NCBI GenBank assembly: GCA_030390025.1 | Contig: CM059432.1 | Span: 77,688,001 to 77,748,000, forward strand | Reading direction: 5' to 3' | Origin: Squalus acanthias | Lineage: Eukaryota | Length of the DNA: 60,000 bases | Shown: positions 11,820 through 24,713 of the stretch, in pieces | How positions within the stretch are numbered: the first letter of the stretch is position 1 | Layout: each line of letters starts with the position of its first letter | Position numbers and translations under genes: made by a program | The notes under the pieces: model-generated | What the model saw: only the letters and a program-made list of their open reading frames with translations | The model's database searches: none | What the model was told of the DNA's origin: nothing

Positions 11820-12579
11820 TACAAGTGCCAGGCAATGACTATCTCCAACAAGCGAGAGTCTAACCACCTCCCCTTGACATTCAATGGCATTACCATCGCC
11901 GAATCCCCCACTATCAACATCCTGGGGGTCACCATTGACCAGAAACTTAACTGGACCAGCCACATAAATACTGTGGCAACAAGAGCAGGTCAGAGGCTAG
12001 GTATTCCACGGCGAGTGTCTCACCGCCTGACTTCCCAAAGCCTTTCTACCATCTACAAGGCACAAGTAAGGAGTGTGATGGAATACTCTCGACTTGCCTG
12101 GATGAGTGCAGCTCCAACAACACTCAAGAAGCTCAACACCATCCAGGACAAAGCAGCCCACTTGATTGGCACCCCATCCACCACCTTAAACATTCACTCC
12201 CTCCACCACCGGCATACCGTGGCTGCAGTGTGTACCATCTACAAGATGCACTGCAGCAACTCGCCAAGGCTTCTTCGGCAGCACCTCCCAAACCCGCAAT
12301 CTCTTCCACCCAGAAGGACAAGGGCAACAGGTGCATGGGAACACCACAACCTCCAAGTCACACACCATCCTGACTTGAAAATATATCGCCGATCCTTCAT
12401 AGTCGCTGGGTCAAAATCCTGGAACTCCCTCCCTAACAGCACTGTGGGAGTAACTTCACCACACGGACTGCAGCGGTTCAAGGCGGCGGCTCACCGCCAC
12501 CTTCTCGAGGGCCATTAGGGATGGGCAATAAATGCTGGCCTTGTCAGCGACGTCCACATCCCATAAACGAATAAAAAAA
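11820..12579 (+). mobile_element. Family-A LINE 3' fragment
   Basis: KCQAMTISNKRESNHLPLTFNG... to 3' hairpin and A-tail. Confidence 0.9.
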
Positions 12580-14773
12580 TTCAAGTTCCTCCAAAATCTA
12601 CCAGAGTTTTATGTCACTCACTCCACCTGTCACAAGCATCAGTGCAGGTAATTCCATCCCATATACAGTGTATAAACGGACACTCCCAAATTACAGACAC
12701 TTATTAAGTGACCCAAATAGCTTACATTGTAAAATACACAAAAGGCACTCTGATACCACAGATACTCGCAAATTACAAACTACGGACAGCCTTCAATGCA
12801 TCAAGCGTCACACTTTCAAATGTTCAAAGTACGTACTGTATTGGAGTCTGAAGATCGGGATGACCAATGGATTGTTACTGGATTCCTTTTTGTCGCTGCC
12901 GATATCGGGGTTTGAATCACCCACTGTAGTTGCTGCCCCTGATTCTAAAAGCAACCTTGTTGACAACACATGGCAGAAGATGCACATGTACCTCACCTCA
13001 CGTGAACCCAGAAGATGCGCTTGCACCCGACCCCACGCAATATGATTGTCTGTCGCCTGAGAGTGTCATAAGGAACAGGTTCCACTGTCCAGGTACTGTA
13101 CTTGCAACATCAGTTTTGTTGTTATATCTGTTTCCAAACTTAAGTTCTTATCATTGCTGCATCTGATTATGTGCTGATCATAAACTCAGCTGGTTCTTCA
13201 AGATTGCTGGGAAATTTTTTACAGTAAATGCAATGACCATTTTGAAAATAAGGACACCTGCAAAAAAAAGGACTGCGATACCAGCCTCTTAGGTGTCTGT
13301 AATTTACAGGTGTCACAGTATGTCCAATGTCTCCTCCACCTGCTTCATAGTTAGGCCTTGTGGTATCTCTGTTCAGCTTCTGTTCTTGGCTGTCACAAGG
13401 CCTCAGGCCTCAAGAGAGTAGCCTTTGATTCTTGAAAGTCTGGTTTCTCCTTCAAATAATCCAGGCACAGTTTGAGGCCAGAGCACAGGTGAAGCACTGA
13501 ACACAAGTGAGCAGAAGCATGTAGTCATGCCAGTAGAGTAGCCGCAAGCTGCTCATGTCCTTCCTTAGCTGTAGATGAGACCCCACAGGGTTGCATATGA
13601 ACACAAGTTACTATCTGAGCACAGTCATTATCTAGTCATTTGGGTTATGCCACACTGCTTTGTAAGGTCTACTTTCCATGGATTTCTGCAATGGAGCCTC
13701 CAGTCACAGAGATCCTTTGCACAGGGAGGCATCAATGCTTATAACTGCTGTTAGGGAGGCCTACTCAAATCTCAGTATTAATCACAGGTTGCTCCTATGC
13801 AGATCAGTGGCCATGTTGAAGGCGTGTCTGGGAGTAAGGGCATGGATGCAGCAGGCACAATGAAGCCAGTCACCTCACTTGGCCTTCCACTGGGGAAGCA
13901 CCTAAAAGGAGCACTGGGCTAGGTTCCAGAAGACAGAAAGCATTACTGTCATTAAAGGGAAACAGACTAGGCACATACAGTGATCACACCTAGGGTATGA
14001 AATTTGGTTTCACTTTAATTGAGCTTTATCCAAAGAGTATACTATTGATGGTGCAGAAAAAGGTAACAGCAGACCGAAGGATGGCTAACAATGTTAGTTG
14101 ATTTATTTCAGGGGGCAATGGGTACTGGCAACTACATTGTGCACATAACTGTTAGTGAATTAGGTAGCTGAGGCACTTAAGTGAAGGTCTTGTCTAAGAC
14201 TATTCTAAGCTACTATTCTTATTGCCTAGAAGGGTGTTTCAAGGTCATTGTCAGTGTCATGCTCTACCCTTTACAGTGGTTGGACCTTCTCCTCCATCTG
14301 CTCAGTGGTTAGGCTGAGTCAGGGCTGAAGAAAGTAGACTTTGTTTCCTAGAATGCATTATTCGAGTCTGCCTTCTCCTTCAAATAACCCAGGGGCAAAG
14401 GATAAAGGAATCGTAGCCGCTGCCTGGGAAGCAGGCATTCACCTGCATGATCCTGTGATGCTGCTAACTAAACCACCTGGAAATAAATGGAGTGAAGCTC
14501 CTGTGATTCATGAATTCCATGGCATTATGTGGGAGAATGAATGCCATCAATAACACTCTAGACTTTGGGAATCTTGACATATAGAAGTTACAGAATTGTC
14601 CACTTATTCCATTGCTGATTTTCCATGGGGAAAGTAGTGAAGCTGTTGTCCTACTTAATAAAAATCCAACAAATATGTTTTTGAATATAAATACTAATAG
14701 TTTAAAATTTTACAGAAATATACCTTCCACAGATAAATATTTAAATTGAGCATGTCATATAATGACTATGAAA

Positions 14774-14791
14774 CAGCACCCTCTGGTGGAC
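14774..14791 (-). promoter_or_regulatory. Candidate CTCF binding site
   Basis: GTCCACCAGAGGGTGCTG closely matches the CCACCAG(A/G)GGGCGC core, in AT-rich non-repeat-looking DNA. Confidence 0.45.
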
Positions 14792-14965
14792 ATATTTAAG
14801 AAGTTTAATTGTCCACCGCTCAGAATTGTCTTTTTAACTTAAAGTACACTAATCCTGACATTTTGTAACTACTGCTTTATAAATGTAGTGTCCAAATATT
14901 TTATAATGATTTTGTTCTTAAAAAGAATGCTAGTCTGGCCTTTTTAACTTTGTTGAATTTGTTGA

Positions 14966-15131
14966 GTCCAAAGGTGTGCGGGTTAGGTTGATTTGGCTAT
15001 GATAAATTGACCCTTAGTGTTAGGGGGATTAAATACGTGGGGTTACGGGGATAGGGTGGGATATGTGTCGGTGCAGGCTCGATGGGCCGAAATGGCCTCT
15101 ATCTGCACTGTGGGATTCTGTGATTCTGTGA
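14966..15131 (+). mobile_element. HE1/V-SINE-like fragment, 5'-truncated
   Basis: AGTCCAAAGGTGTGCGGGTTAGGTTGATT...AAATTGACCC V-domain-like text followed by a CR1-like tail (GATGGGCCGAAATGGCCT...GATTCTGTGATTCTGTGA). Confidence 0.75.
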
Positions 15132-16339
15132 ATTCAACTGCACCCTCAAAAGCACCCACGATGTCAAGTTATGTTTCAGCTAGAGGAGATATATTCATTG
15201 CTACCAATACAATTTTACACCCAAAGGGGTTCTGAATATTCAATACACATATTAGTTACACAGCATTGTAAGATATGTACATAAACAATGATGGTCTTTG
15301 TAACTTTAAAGAGTGAAAACAAACCAAAGGACTCAAGTAGCAAGATATGGGTTGTCTACATACCGTGGATTCAGTTGTTACAAAGATAAATTTTGAAAAT
15401 TAGGCATTTCAGGATTATTCATCCCCCCTCATTTACAGACTTTAACTTTTCTTTGAATCAACAGATGTCAAATTCCTCCTCCTCCCCCTACCCCATCCCA
15501 GTTTCTCTGAAAATACTACATTAGAAATGTGTATATATGATGGAAGGGAAATATATCAATGTTAAAAATGTCACAATGGCAATGGCTAAGTCTGTCAAAA
15601 TACGTGGATAATCATCCTGCTATCATCCTTAAAACTAAAACAGCACCACTTCAAAATACTTTGACAGGCTTCATGTAAACCCAATTGACAGCTTTCTTCT
15701 GTCAAAATGTAAACAAAATACATGAAAGTGTGAGCAAATTATCTACCCCTCTATCTGGAATGTTACAGAAAACATTAATGTAACAACACAAATTGAGGGT
15801 ACCCTGATATACAAGTCAATGCCAGATACATCAACACCTGTAGGTATTCCTATCAATCCCATCCCACACAGCAGTGGAAAGCTGATGCCAGTAGCAGACA
15901 ATTCATTGATTCTGGCCTAATGAGATGAAAACCTCTCAAATTTGACAGTTAAGAGTTAATGCCAATCTCCATCTTATCCCTATTAAATACTCTCATCAAA
16001 AGGAAATCAAAAGTTAGAAGGTATATTGACACAAACAAAGTTGATTTCGGAAGCGACAGGAGTCTCTAGTGAATGCTGATACTAAATTGGTGCAATGCCT
16101 GGAGCATTTACAACTAATCTTTATTTTCCCACATAGCACTCATTTCCCTTGTGGTGCACAGGAAATTGAACCTGGTAATCACACCCTCCCATTAGCACTG
16201 GGGCACTAAAAGGGAAATATGCACCTCCTCATACTTTTCAAGAATGATGTCTACAATAGAAGCATCTGTACCAAGCAGCTAGGCAAGGCAGCAGGGCATG
16301 GATCTAAGCAAGAGGAGAAGAACACGGAACTTTATCATC

Positions 16340-16501
16340 TCAGACCTCCAAGTTCTTCTGCAGAAAATTTAAATCAGAAGGCAGAGACTCCTGGGAGTCT
16401 GTATCAAGTGCCATCTGAAGGGAGGTGGCACCAGCGCCGAGTCCCCCCGGACTGCAGACCAGTGCCAAAATAAATTCAACAACTTCATCAGGTCAGGCAA
16501 G
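16340..16501 (+). pseudogene. Degraded Myb/SANT exon 1 of a second, older Harbinger
   Basis: SAI*REVA...RTADQCQNKFNNFIRSGK followed by donor GTAAC, homologous to RTWLQCRKRFHDLFRTGK|GTGAGT of the first element. Confidence 0.7.
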
Positions 16502-16911
16502 GTAACACTGGACAACCTTCCTCATCTTCCTTGCCTGGGCACCAACGCATACTTCACCATCTTAAAGCAACACTTGCACAACAAACCCCTCACAATGCTT
16601 TTTAATAGGGGGGCTCTAACTTAGCATCTTGCACTATGGCTACACAGCTCCTCTCACAGCAGAAAACACTAATGGGAGTAGTTAATAGGCCCCCAAACAG
16701 TAGCAATACCGTTGGACAGAGGACTAATCAACAAATAATAGGAGTTTGTAACAAAGGTAATACAATAATCGTGGGGAACTTTAATCTTCATATAGACTGG
16801 GCAAATCAAATTGGCAAAGGTAGTCTGGAGGACGAGTTCATGGAATGCATTCGAGACAGTTTCCTAGAACAAAACATCGTGGAACCAACCAGGGAACAAG
16901 CTATTTTATAT

Positions 16912-17596
16912 AATAATAATAAATAACAACAGAAAACGCTGGAAAAACTCAGCAGGCCAGGCAGCATCCGTGGAGAGAAAAACAGAGTTAACGTTTCAGG
17001 TCGAAGACCTTTCGTCAGAACTGGAAAAAAACAGGCAATGGAATAGATTTTAAAGCAGGTTTAGGGGCAGCACCTCATCTTTCGATTAGGCACTCTACAG
17101 CCCTCTGGACTCAACATAGAGTTCAACAATTTCAGATCATAACCTCGGCCCCTATCACATATATATATATTTTTTAATCCACACTTTTTGTTTGGCCTTT
17201 TTTTCTCTCCTCCCACATGGCAGCTGTCCTTCATTCTGCCAGCGCATTTCACACTTCATCTGGAGCCATCCTTTGTTCCTTAACCTGTCACATTACCACC
17301 TCCTCTTGTCTTGAATATATCTTAATGTCTCTCAATGTCTCTCAATCTCTCCTGCTTTCTATCCTATCACTGACCTTCCCTTTTGTTCTTTCATCCCCTC
17401 CCCCATTTCCCCGCCCCTAAACCTGCTTTAAAATCTATTCCATTGCCTGCTTTTTTCCAGTTCTGACGAAAGGTCTTCGACCTGAAATGTTAACTCTGTT
17501 TCTCTCTCCACGGATGCTGCCTGGCCTGCTGAGTTTTTCCAGCGTTTTCTGTTGTTATTTCGGATTTCCAGCATCCGCAGTATTTTGCTATTGTAT
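16912..17596 (+). mobile_element. Penelope-like element remnant with inverted pseudo-LTR and minimal hammerhead motifs
   Basis: ~148-bp inverted arms 16921-17068 / 17413-17560; GIY-YIG-type C-terminus QHLIFRLGTLQPSGLNIEFNNFRS*; CTGACGA-stemII-GAAA at 17463-17487; 14-bp flanking duplication AAGCTATTTTATAT. Confidence 0.85.
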
Positions 17597-17956
17597 AAGC
17601 TATTTTATATCTTGTATTGTGTAATGAGACAGGGTTGATTAGTAATCTCATAGTAAAGGATCCTCTGGGGAACTGTGATCATAATATGATAAGTATTTCA
17701 CTTTCAAACTCAATGTGAAATTCTAAGTCTGAAACCAGAGTCTTAAACTTAAATAAAGCCAATTACATATGTGTGAGGGGTGAGTTCACTAAGGTAGATT
17801 GGGAAATTAGATTAAAATGTATGACGGTAGATAAGCAGTGACAAAAATCTAAAGAAATATTCCAAAATTCTCAATGAAAATGCATTCCATTGAGAAATAA
17901 AAACGCCACGGGAAAAGTGATCCATCCATGGCGAACTGAAGAAGTTAAGGATAGTA

Positions 17957-18047
17957 ACAACAGAAAACGCTGGAAAAACTCAGCAGGCCAGGCAGCATCC
18001 GTGGAGAGAGAAAGAGAGTTAACGTTTCAGGTCGATGACCTTTCATC
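17957..18047 (-). mobile_element. 91-bp Penelope pLTR fragment (hammerhead core plus downstream hairpin)
   Basis: Near-identical to 16926-17018; flanked by 17-bp duplication AGAAGTTAAGGATAGTA. Confidence 0.85.
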
Positions 18048-18100
18048 AGAAGTTAAGGATAGTATTAGATTAAAAGAAATGGCATATAATTTTGCTAAGA

Positions 18101-18567
18101 ATATAGGAACATAGGACCAGGAGTAGGCCATTCAGCCCCTCGAGCCTGTTCTGCCATTCAATGAGATCATGGCTGATCTGCAACCTAACCCCATATACCC
18201 AGCTTTGCCCCATATCCCTAAATAACTTTGTTTAACAAAAATCTATCAATCTCAGATTTAAAATTAAATATTGATCTAGCATCAACTGCTGTCTGCGGAA
18301 GAGGATTCCAAATTTCTACCACCCTTTGTGTGTAGAAGTGTTTCCTAATTTCATTCCTGAAAGGTCTGGCTCTAATTTTTAGACTATGCCCCCTAGTCCT
18401 AGACTCCCCAATCAGCGGAAATAGTTTCTCTCTATCTACCCTATCTGTTCCCCATAATATCTTGAAAACTTCGATCAAATCACCCCTTAACCTTCTGAAT
18501 TCTAGGTACTGTAATACAACTGTAATTTATGTAAGCTCTCCTCGTCATTTAACCTTTGGAGTCTGGG
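18101..18567 (-). mobile_element. CR1 3' fragment inserted antisense into CR1
   Basis: IEVFKIL...TRGHSLKIR...FYTQRVV ORF and CR1 tail; host CR1 resumes at ~18568. Confidence 0.85.
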
Positions 18568-20509
18568 TAGTAGTAAGCCTGAGGATTGGGAGAGCTTTAG
18601 AAACCAGCAAAGGATGACCAAAAAATTGATAAAAAGGGAGAAGATAGAATGAGAGTAAACTGGTAAGAAATATAATAACAGACTGTAAGAGCTTCTACAA
18701 GTATGTAAAAAGCAAGAGAGTAGCAAAAGTAAGCGTTGGTCCCTTAGAAGCTGAGACAGGAGAAATTATAATGGGGAGGAAGGAAATGGCAAGACTTTAA
18801 ACAAATATTTTGTATCTGTCTTCACAGTAGAAGACATAAAAAGCATACCAGAAAGAGTGGGGAACCGAGGCTGTTGAAATTGAGGAACTTAAAGTAATTA
18901 AGATCAGTAGAGAAAAAGTCCTTGAGAAACTAATCGGACTAAAAGCTGACAAATCCCCTGGACCTGATGGCCTACATCCGAGGGTTCTAAAAGAGGTGGC
19001 TGCAGAGATAGTGGATGCATTGGTTGTGATCTTCCAAAATTCCCTAGATTCTAGAACAATACAGCGGATTGGAAGGTAGCAAATGTAACTCCGCTATTCA
19101 AGAAAGGAGGGAGAGAGAAAACAGGCTAGTGAGCCTGACATCAGTCGTCAGGAAAATGCTGGAACCCATTATTAAGGAAGTGGTAACAGGGCACTTAGAA
19201 AATTATAAGATAATTAGGCAGAGTCAACATGGTTTTATGAAAGGGAAATCATGTTTAATAAATTTATTAGAGTGTTTGGAGGATGTAACTAGCAGGGTAG
19301 ATAAAGGGGAACCAATGGATGCAGTATATTTGGATTGCCAAAAGGCATTTGATAAGGTGCCATATAAAGGTTGCTATGCAAGATTAGGGCTCATGGGGTT
19401 GGGGGTAATATATTAGCATGGATAGAGGATTGGTTAACGGACAGAAAACAGAGAGTAGAGATAAATAGGTCATTTTTCAGTTGGCAGACTGTAAAGGAGT
19501 GCCGCAAGGATCAGTACTTGGGCCTCAGCTATTTACAATCTATATTAATGATTTAGATGAAGGGACTGAGTGTAATGTATCCAAGTTTGCTGATGATACA
19601 AAGCTAGGTGGGAAAGTAAGCTGTGAGGAGGACACAAAGAGCCTGCAAAGGGATATATTCAGGTTAAGTGAGTGGGCAGATGGAGTATAATGTAGGGAAA
19701 TGTGAGGTTATTCACTTTGGTAGGAAGAATAGAAAAACAGAATATTTTTTAAATGGTGAGAAACTATTAAATGTTGGTGTTCAGAGAGATTTAGGTGTCC
19801 TCATACAGGAAACAAAGAGAGTTAGCAAGCAATAAGGAAAGCAAATGGCATGTTGGCTTTTATTGCAAGGGAGTTGGAGTACAAGAGTAAGGAAGTCTTG
19901 CTACAATTGTACAGGGATTTGGTGAGACCACACCTGGAGTACTGTGCACAGTTTTGGTCTCCTTACCTGAGGAAGGTTCACTAGATTGATTCTTGGGATG
20001 AGAGGGTTGTCCTATGAGGAGAGATTGAGTAGATTGGACCTATACTCTCTGGAGTTTAGAAGAATGAGAGGTGATCTCCTTGAAACATCTAAGATTCTGA
20101 GGGGGATTGACTGGGTTGATGCTGAGAGGCTCCCTCCCCCGACTGGAGAGTCTAGAACTGGGGGGTATAGTCTCAGGATAAGGGGGTCGGCCATTTAAGA
20201 CTGAGATGAGGAGGAATTTCTTCACTCAGAGGGTTGTGAATCTTTGGAATTCTCTACCCCAAAGGGCTGTGGATGCTGAATCATTGAGTATATTCAAGGC
20301 TGAGATAGATAGATTTTTGGACTCTAGGGAATCAAGGGATATGGAGATCGGCCGAGAAAGTGGAGTTGAGGTTGAAGATTAGCCATGATCTTATTGAACG
20401 GCGGAGCAGGCTCGAAGGGACGAATGGTCTACTCCTAATTCTTACGCTCTTATGTTCTTACATTAATTACATGCACAACCCTAAAACCCTTTCCTTCACT
20501 TTAACAGGC

Positions 20510-21712
20510 TGATACTCCATCTCTTAGTTCAGCTCACCCAATCTTAGCTTCTACTCTCTAATGGTAGGAAGGCGATTATAAAAAGGAGCAGAATCAGGGA
20601 AGACATTTCTTCCTCCTCGACTATGATGATGATTATGATGAGGACCAGGCCACAAGGGAGACACCGGAGCATGATTCCGCCAAATATTCCTCTGACCCAA
20701 CTCCTTACAACTCACTCCCTGTGGCAATTGCTTCCTCACTCACAGTCAGCAATTCAGATACCTTCACCCTGGGGCAATTAGATAGTGTTTGTGGGGACAT
20801 GCCACCAGGTAATTCACAGAGCATGAAGGAGCTGGAGAAGTGGAAAATGGGTGAGGATGTGCTATATTCCCAGCAGTGGCTGAGGAGAAGGCTGTCTATG
20901 TTGTGACAGTTCACATTGCCACAATTTGAGGGAGCTGGTAGAACGGACAGCTGCTGTCCTTGTATTAACACCAGTCAAGAACCCCCGCACCAATGTGGAG
21001 CAAAAATACAATAGGGCTTAGGCCTCCACCCAAGTTCTTGTGGAACTTATGATCAGTACGTTAAAGCAGCACTTCTAATGTTTGGAAGATAAGGTGGAAT
21101 CCAACAGCACAGCCCCAAGGAAGTGTTGAAAATGATTTGTATCTGCTGTGTGCTGTACAACTTCAATATTGTAGAGGGGATCCCATGCAGCCAAAAAAAT
21201 TGGAAGGTGAGCCTGTAGCCTTGGTTGTATAGGAGGAAGAGGAGGAGGAAGAGAAATGGCACATGCACAGCCAGGCGGACTGCTGCACGAGTGATTGACA
21301 GGTTCTGTTAAGCTGATCCCATAGCCTATTGAGATCCGAAAGGTGACATGCATGCTAATTGGAGCCCAAAATTTCAACAGCAGCAAACACAGCGTTGGCG
21401 AGCAAAACTGCATCAGTGCTTGGGCCTCTGATCTTGAGGGCCTCTGATCTTGAGGACCTCTGCCCCATAGGACACCCTGCGGTTGTCACTCACTCAATGG
21501 TACTCAGCTGGATTCCAAAACCTTCTTGCATGGGTACACAGATGTCAGAACAGCATGGTTAAATTTTTTTCACCATTCCAAGTAGGGTGCTTTAAAGATT
21601 GTCAAAGGACTGAATGAAGATCTTCTGCTGATTAATCAGGGCAGTTGTACAGCACACAGTAGACGCAAATCATTTTCAACACTTCCTTGGGGCTGTGCTT
21701 TTGGATTCCACC
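20510..21712. pseudogene. Scrambled remains of second Harbinger: Myb exon 3 and HARBI1-like transposase C-terminus
   Basis: 20962-21311 (+) reads VLTPVKNPRTNVEQKYNRA*ASTQVLVELMISTLKQHF*CL...SPKEVLKMICICCVLYN...EEEEEEE...IDRFC* (with frameshifts); Ser/Thr-rich Myb exon-3-like text after acceptor TTTAACAG at ~20508. Confidence 0.75.
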
Positions 21713-21713
21713 A

Positions 21714-24713
21714 AGATGTAGCATTAGAAAGGAGAAACAAAGGGCACAAAGGATTGGGAGAGGCAGAGAGCACTAAAGCAAGAAACAGTAAGGTATTAGG
21801 TGGGGTCAGACTAAGAGAGAACACAGGATGATCTAAGATAGGTTTACAGTGTGTGTATGTAAACACACGAAGCATAGTAAACAAGGTTGGTGAGCTGCAG
21901 GCGCAAATAGCCACATGGGAATATAATGTTGTGGCAATAATGGGGACCTGGTTCAAAAAAAGGGCAGGATTGGGTTTTAAATATTCCTGGATATAGGGTG
22001 TTCAGGAAAGATAGGGAAGGAAAGATGGGAGGTGGTGTGGCAGTATTGGTTAAGGAGAATGTTACAGTGCTGGAGAGAGAGAATGTCCTGGAGGGGTCAA
22101 GGACAGAATCTATATGGCTAAAGTTAAGAAATAATAGAGGTGCCATTACAGTACTAGATGTGTTCTATAGGCCACCAACTAGTGGGAAGAATATGGAGGA
22201 GCAAATTTGCAGGGAAATTAGGGAGAGATGCAAGAACTATAGAGTAGTGATAATGGGGGACTTCAACTATCCTAATATAGACTGGGATAGTACTAGTGTA
22301 AAGGGCAGGGAGGGGGAAGAATTTCTGAAGTGTGTTCAGGAGAACTTTTTTGATCAGTATGTTTCTGGCCCAATGAGGAAGGAGGCATTGCTGGATCTGG
22401 TTCTGGGGAATGAAGTCGGTCAAGCGGAGCAAGTGTCAGTAGGTGAACATTTAGGGAACAGTGATCATAGTATCATAAGGTTTAGATTAGCTATGGAAAA
22501 GGACAGGGAGCAATCTAGAGTAAAAAATACTTAATTGGAGGAAGGCAAATTTCAGTGGGATGAGAAAGGATCTGGCCTGAGTAAATTGGAATCAAAGATT
22601 GGCAGGCAAAACTGTAGTGGACAATGGGCTGCCTTTAAAGAGGAAATAGTTTGGGTACAGTCGAGGTACATTTCCACAAGGGGGAAAAGTAGGGCAACTA
22701 AAGTCAGAGCTCCCTGGATGACGAAAGAGATAGAGAGTAAGATGAAGCCGAAAAAAAGTGCATATGACAGATGTTAGTTTGAGAATACATCTGAGAATCA
22801 GGCTAAATATAGATAGTTCAGAGGAGAAGTGAAAAAGAAAATAAAAGGGGCAAAGAGAGGGTATGAGAATAGAATGGCAGCTAACATAAAAGGTAATCCA
22901 AAAGACCTCTATAGGCATTTCAATCATAAACGGGTAGTAAGAAGAGGGGTGAGGCTGTTTAGGGACAAAAAGGAGACTAACGCATGGAGGCAGAGGGTAT
23001 GGCTAAGGTACTAAATGAGTACTTTGCATCTGTCTTCACCAAGGAAGAAGATGCTGCCATAGACATAGTAAAGGAGGAGGTAGTGGAGATACTGGATGGG
23101 ATAAACATTGATAAAGAGGAGGTACTAGAAAGGTTGGCTGTACTTAAAGTAGATAAGTCACCAGGACCGGATGGGATGCATCCTAGGATGCTGAGGGAAG
23201 TGAAGGAAGAAATCGTGGAGGTACTGGCCATAATCTTCCAATCCTCCTTAGAAACGGGGGTGGTGCCAGAGGACTGGAGAATTGCAAATGTTACACCCTT
23301 GTTCAAAAAAGGGTGTAAAGATAAACCCAGCAACTATAGGCTGGTCAGTTTAACTTCAGTAGTGGGGAAGCTTTTAGAAACAATAATCAGGGACAAAATT
23401 AACAGTCACTTGGACAAGTGTGGATTAATTAAGGAAAGCCAGCACGGATTTGTTAAAAGCAAATCGTGTTTAACCAACTTGATATAGTTTTTTGATAAGG
23501 TAACAGAGAGGGTTGATGAGGGCAATGCGGTTGATGTGGTGTACATGGATTTCCAAAAGGCATTCAACAAAGTGCCACATAATAGGCTTGCCAGCAAAGT
23601 TGAAGCCCATGAAATAAAAGGGACAGTGGCAGCATTGATACGAAATTGGCTAAGTGACAGGAAACAGAGAGTAGCGGTGAATGGTTGTTTTCCAGACTGA
23701 AGGAAGGTGTTCCCCAGAGTTCAGTACTAGGACCACTGATTTTCTTGATATATATTAATGACTTGGATGTGGGTGTACAGGGCACAATTTCAAAATTTGC
23801 AGATGACACAGAACTTGGAAGTATAGTGAACAGTGAGGAGGATAGTGATAGACTTCAAGAGGACATAGACAGGCTGGTGGAATGAGCAGACACGTGGCAG
23901 ATGACATTTAATGCAGAAAAGTGTGAAGTGATACATTTTGGTAGAAAGAATGAGGAGAGGAAATATAACCTAAATGGTACAATCCTAAAGGGAGTGCATG
24001 AACAGAGACACCTAGGGGTATATGTGCATAAATCGTTGAAGGTGGCAGGTTGAGAAAGCAGTTAAAAAAGCTTATGGGATCCTGGGCTTCATGAGTAGAG
24101 GTATAGAGTACAAAAGCATGGAAACTATGATGAACCTGTATAAAACACTGGTTCGGCCTCAACTGGAGTATTGTGTCCAATTCTGGGCACCGCACTTTAG
24201 GAAGGATGTAAAGGCCTTAGAGATGGTGCAGAAAAGATTTACGAGAATGGTTCCAGGGATGAGGGACTTCAGTTACGTGGATAGACTGGAGAAGCTGGGA
24301 TTGTTCTCCTTATAGAGCAGAGAAGATTGAGAGGAGATTTGATAGAGGTGTTCAAAATTATGAGGGGTCTGGACAGAGTAGGTAGAGAAAAACTGTTCCC
24401 ATTGGCGGAAGGGTCGAGAACCAGAGGACACAGATTTAAGGTGATTGGCAGAAGAACCAAAGGCGACGTAAAAAAAAACTTTTTTACTCAGCGGTTATGA
24501 TCTGGAATGCACTGCCTGAAAGGATGGTGGAGGCAGACTCAATCATGGCTTTCAAAAGGGAATTGGATAAGTACTTGAAAGAAAAACATTTGCAAGGCTA
24601 CGGGGAAAGAGAGGCGGAGTGGTTCTAGCTGAGGTGCTCTTGCAGAGAGCCGGCACAGGCTCGACGAGGCAAATGGCCTTCTTCCGTGCTGTAACCAGTC
24701 TATGATTCTATGA
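21714..24713 (+). mobile_element. CR1 LINE, near-complete ORF2, degraded
   Basis: NTRSIVNKVGEL, GGGVAVLV, YRPP, GDFNYP, SDH, KSPGPDGMHP, FADD; TCTATGATTCTATGA tail. Confidence 0.92.

Larger units (their letters stand above)
16655..20460 (+). mobile_element. CR1 LINE ORF2 region, 5'-truncated, degraded, carrying three nested inserts
   Basis: [39 protein letters not shown] and FADD fragments; CTTATGTTCTTA tail. Confidence 0.9.

Noticed and set aside
11535..12518. 327-aa ORF as a novel fusion gene
   Set aside because: Chance open flank (non-ATG start) running into a truncated LINE RT C-terminus
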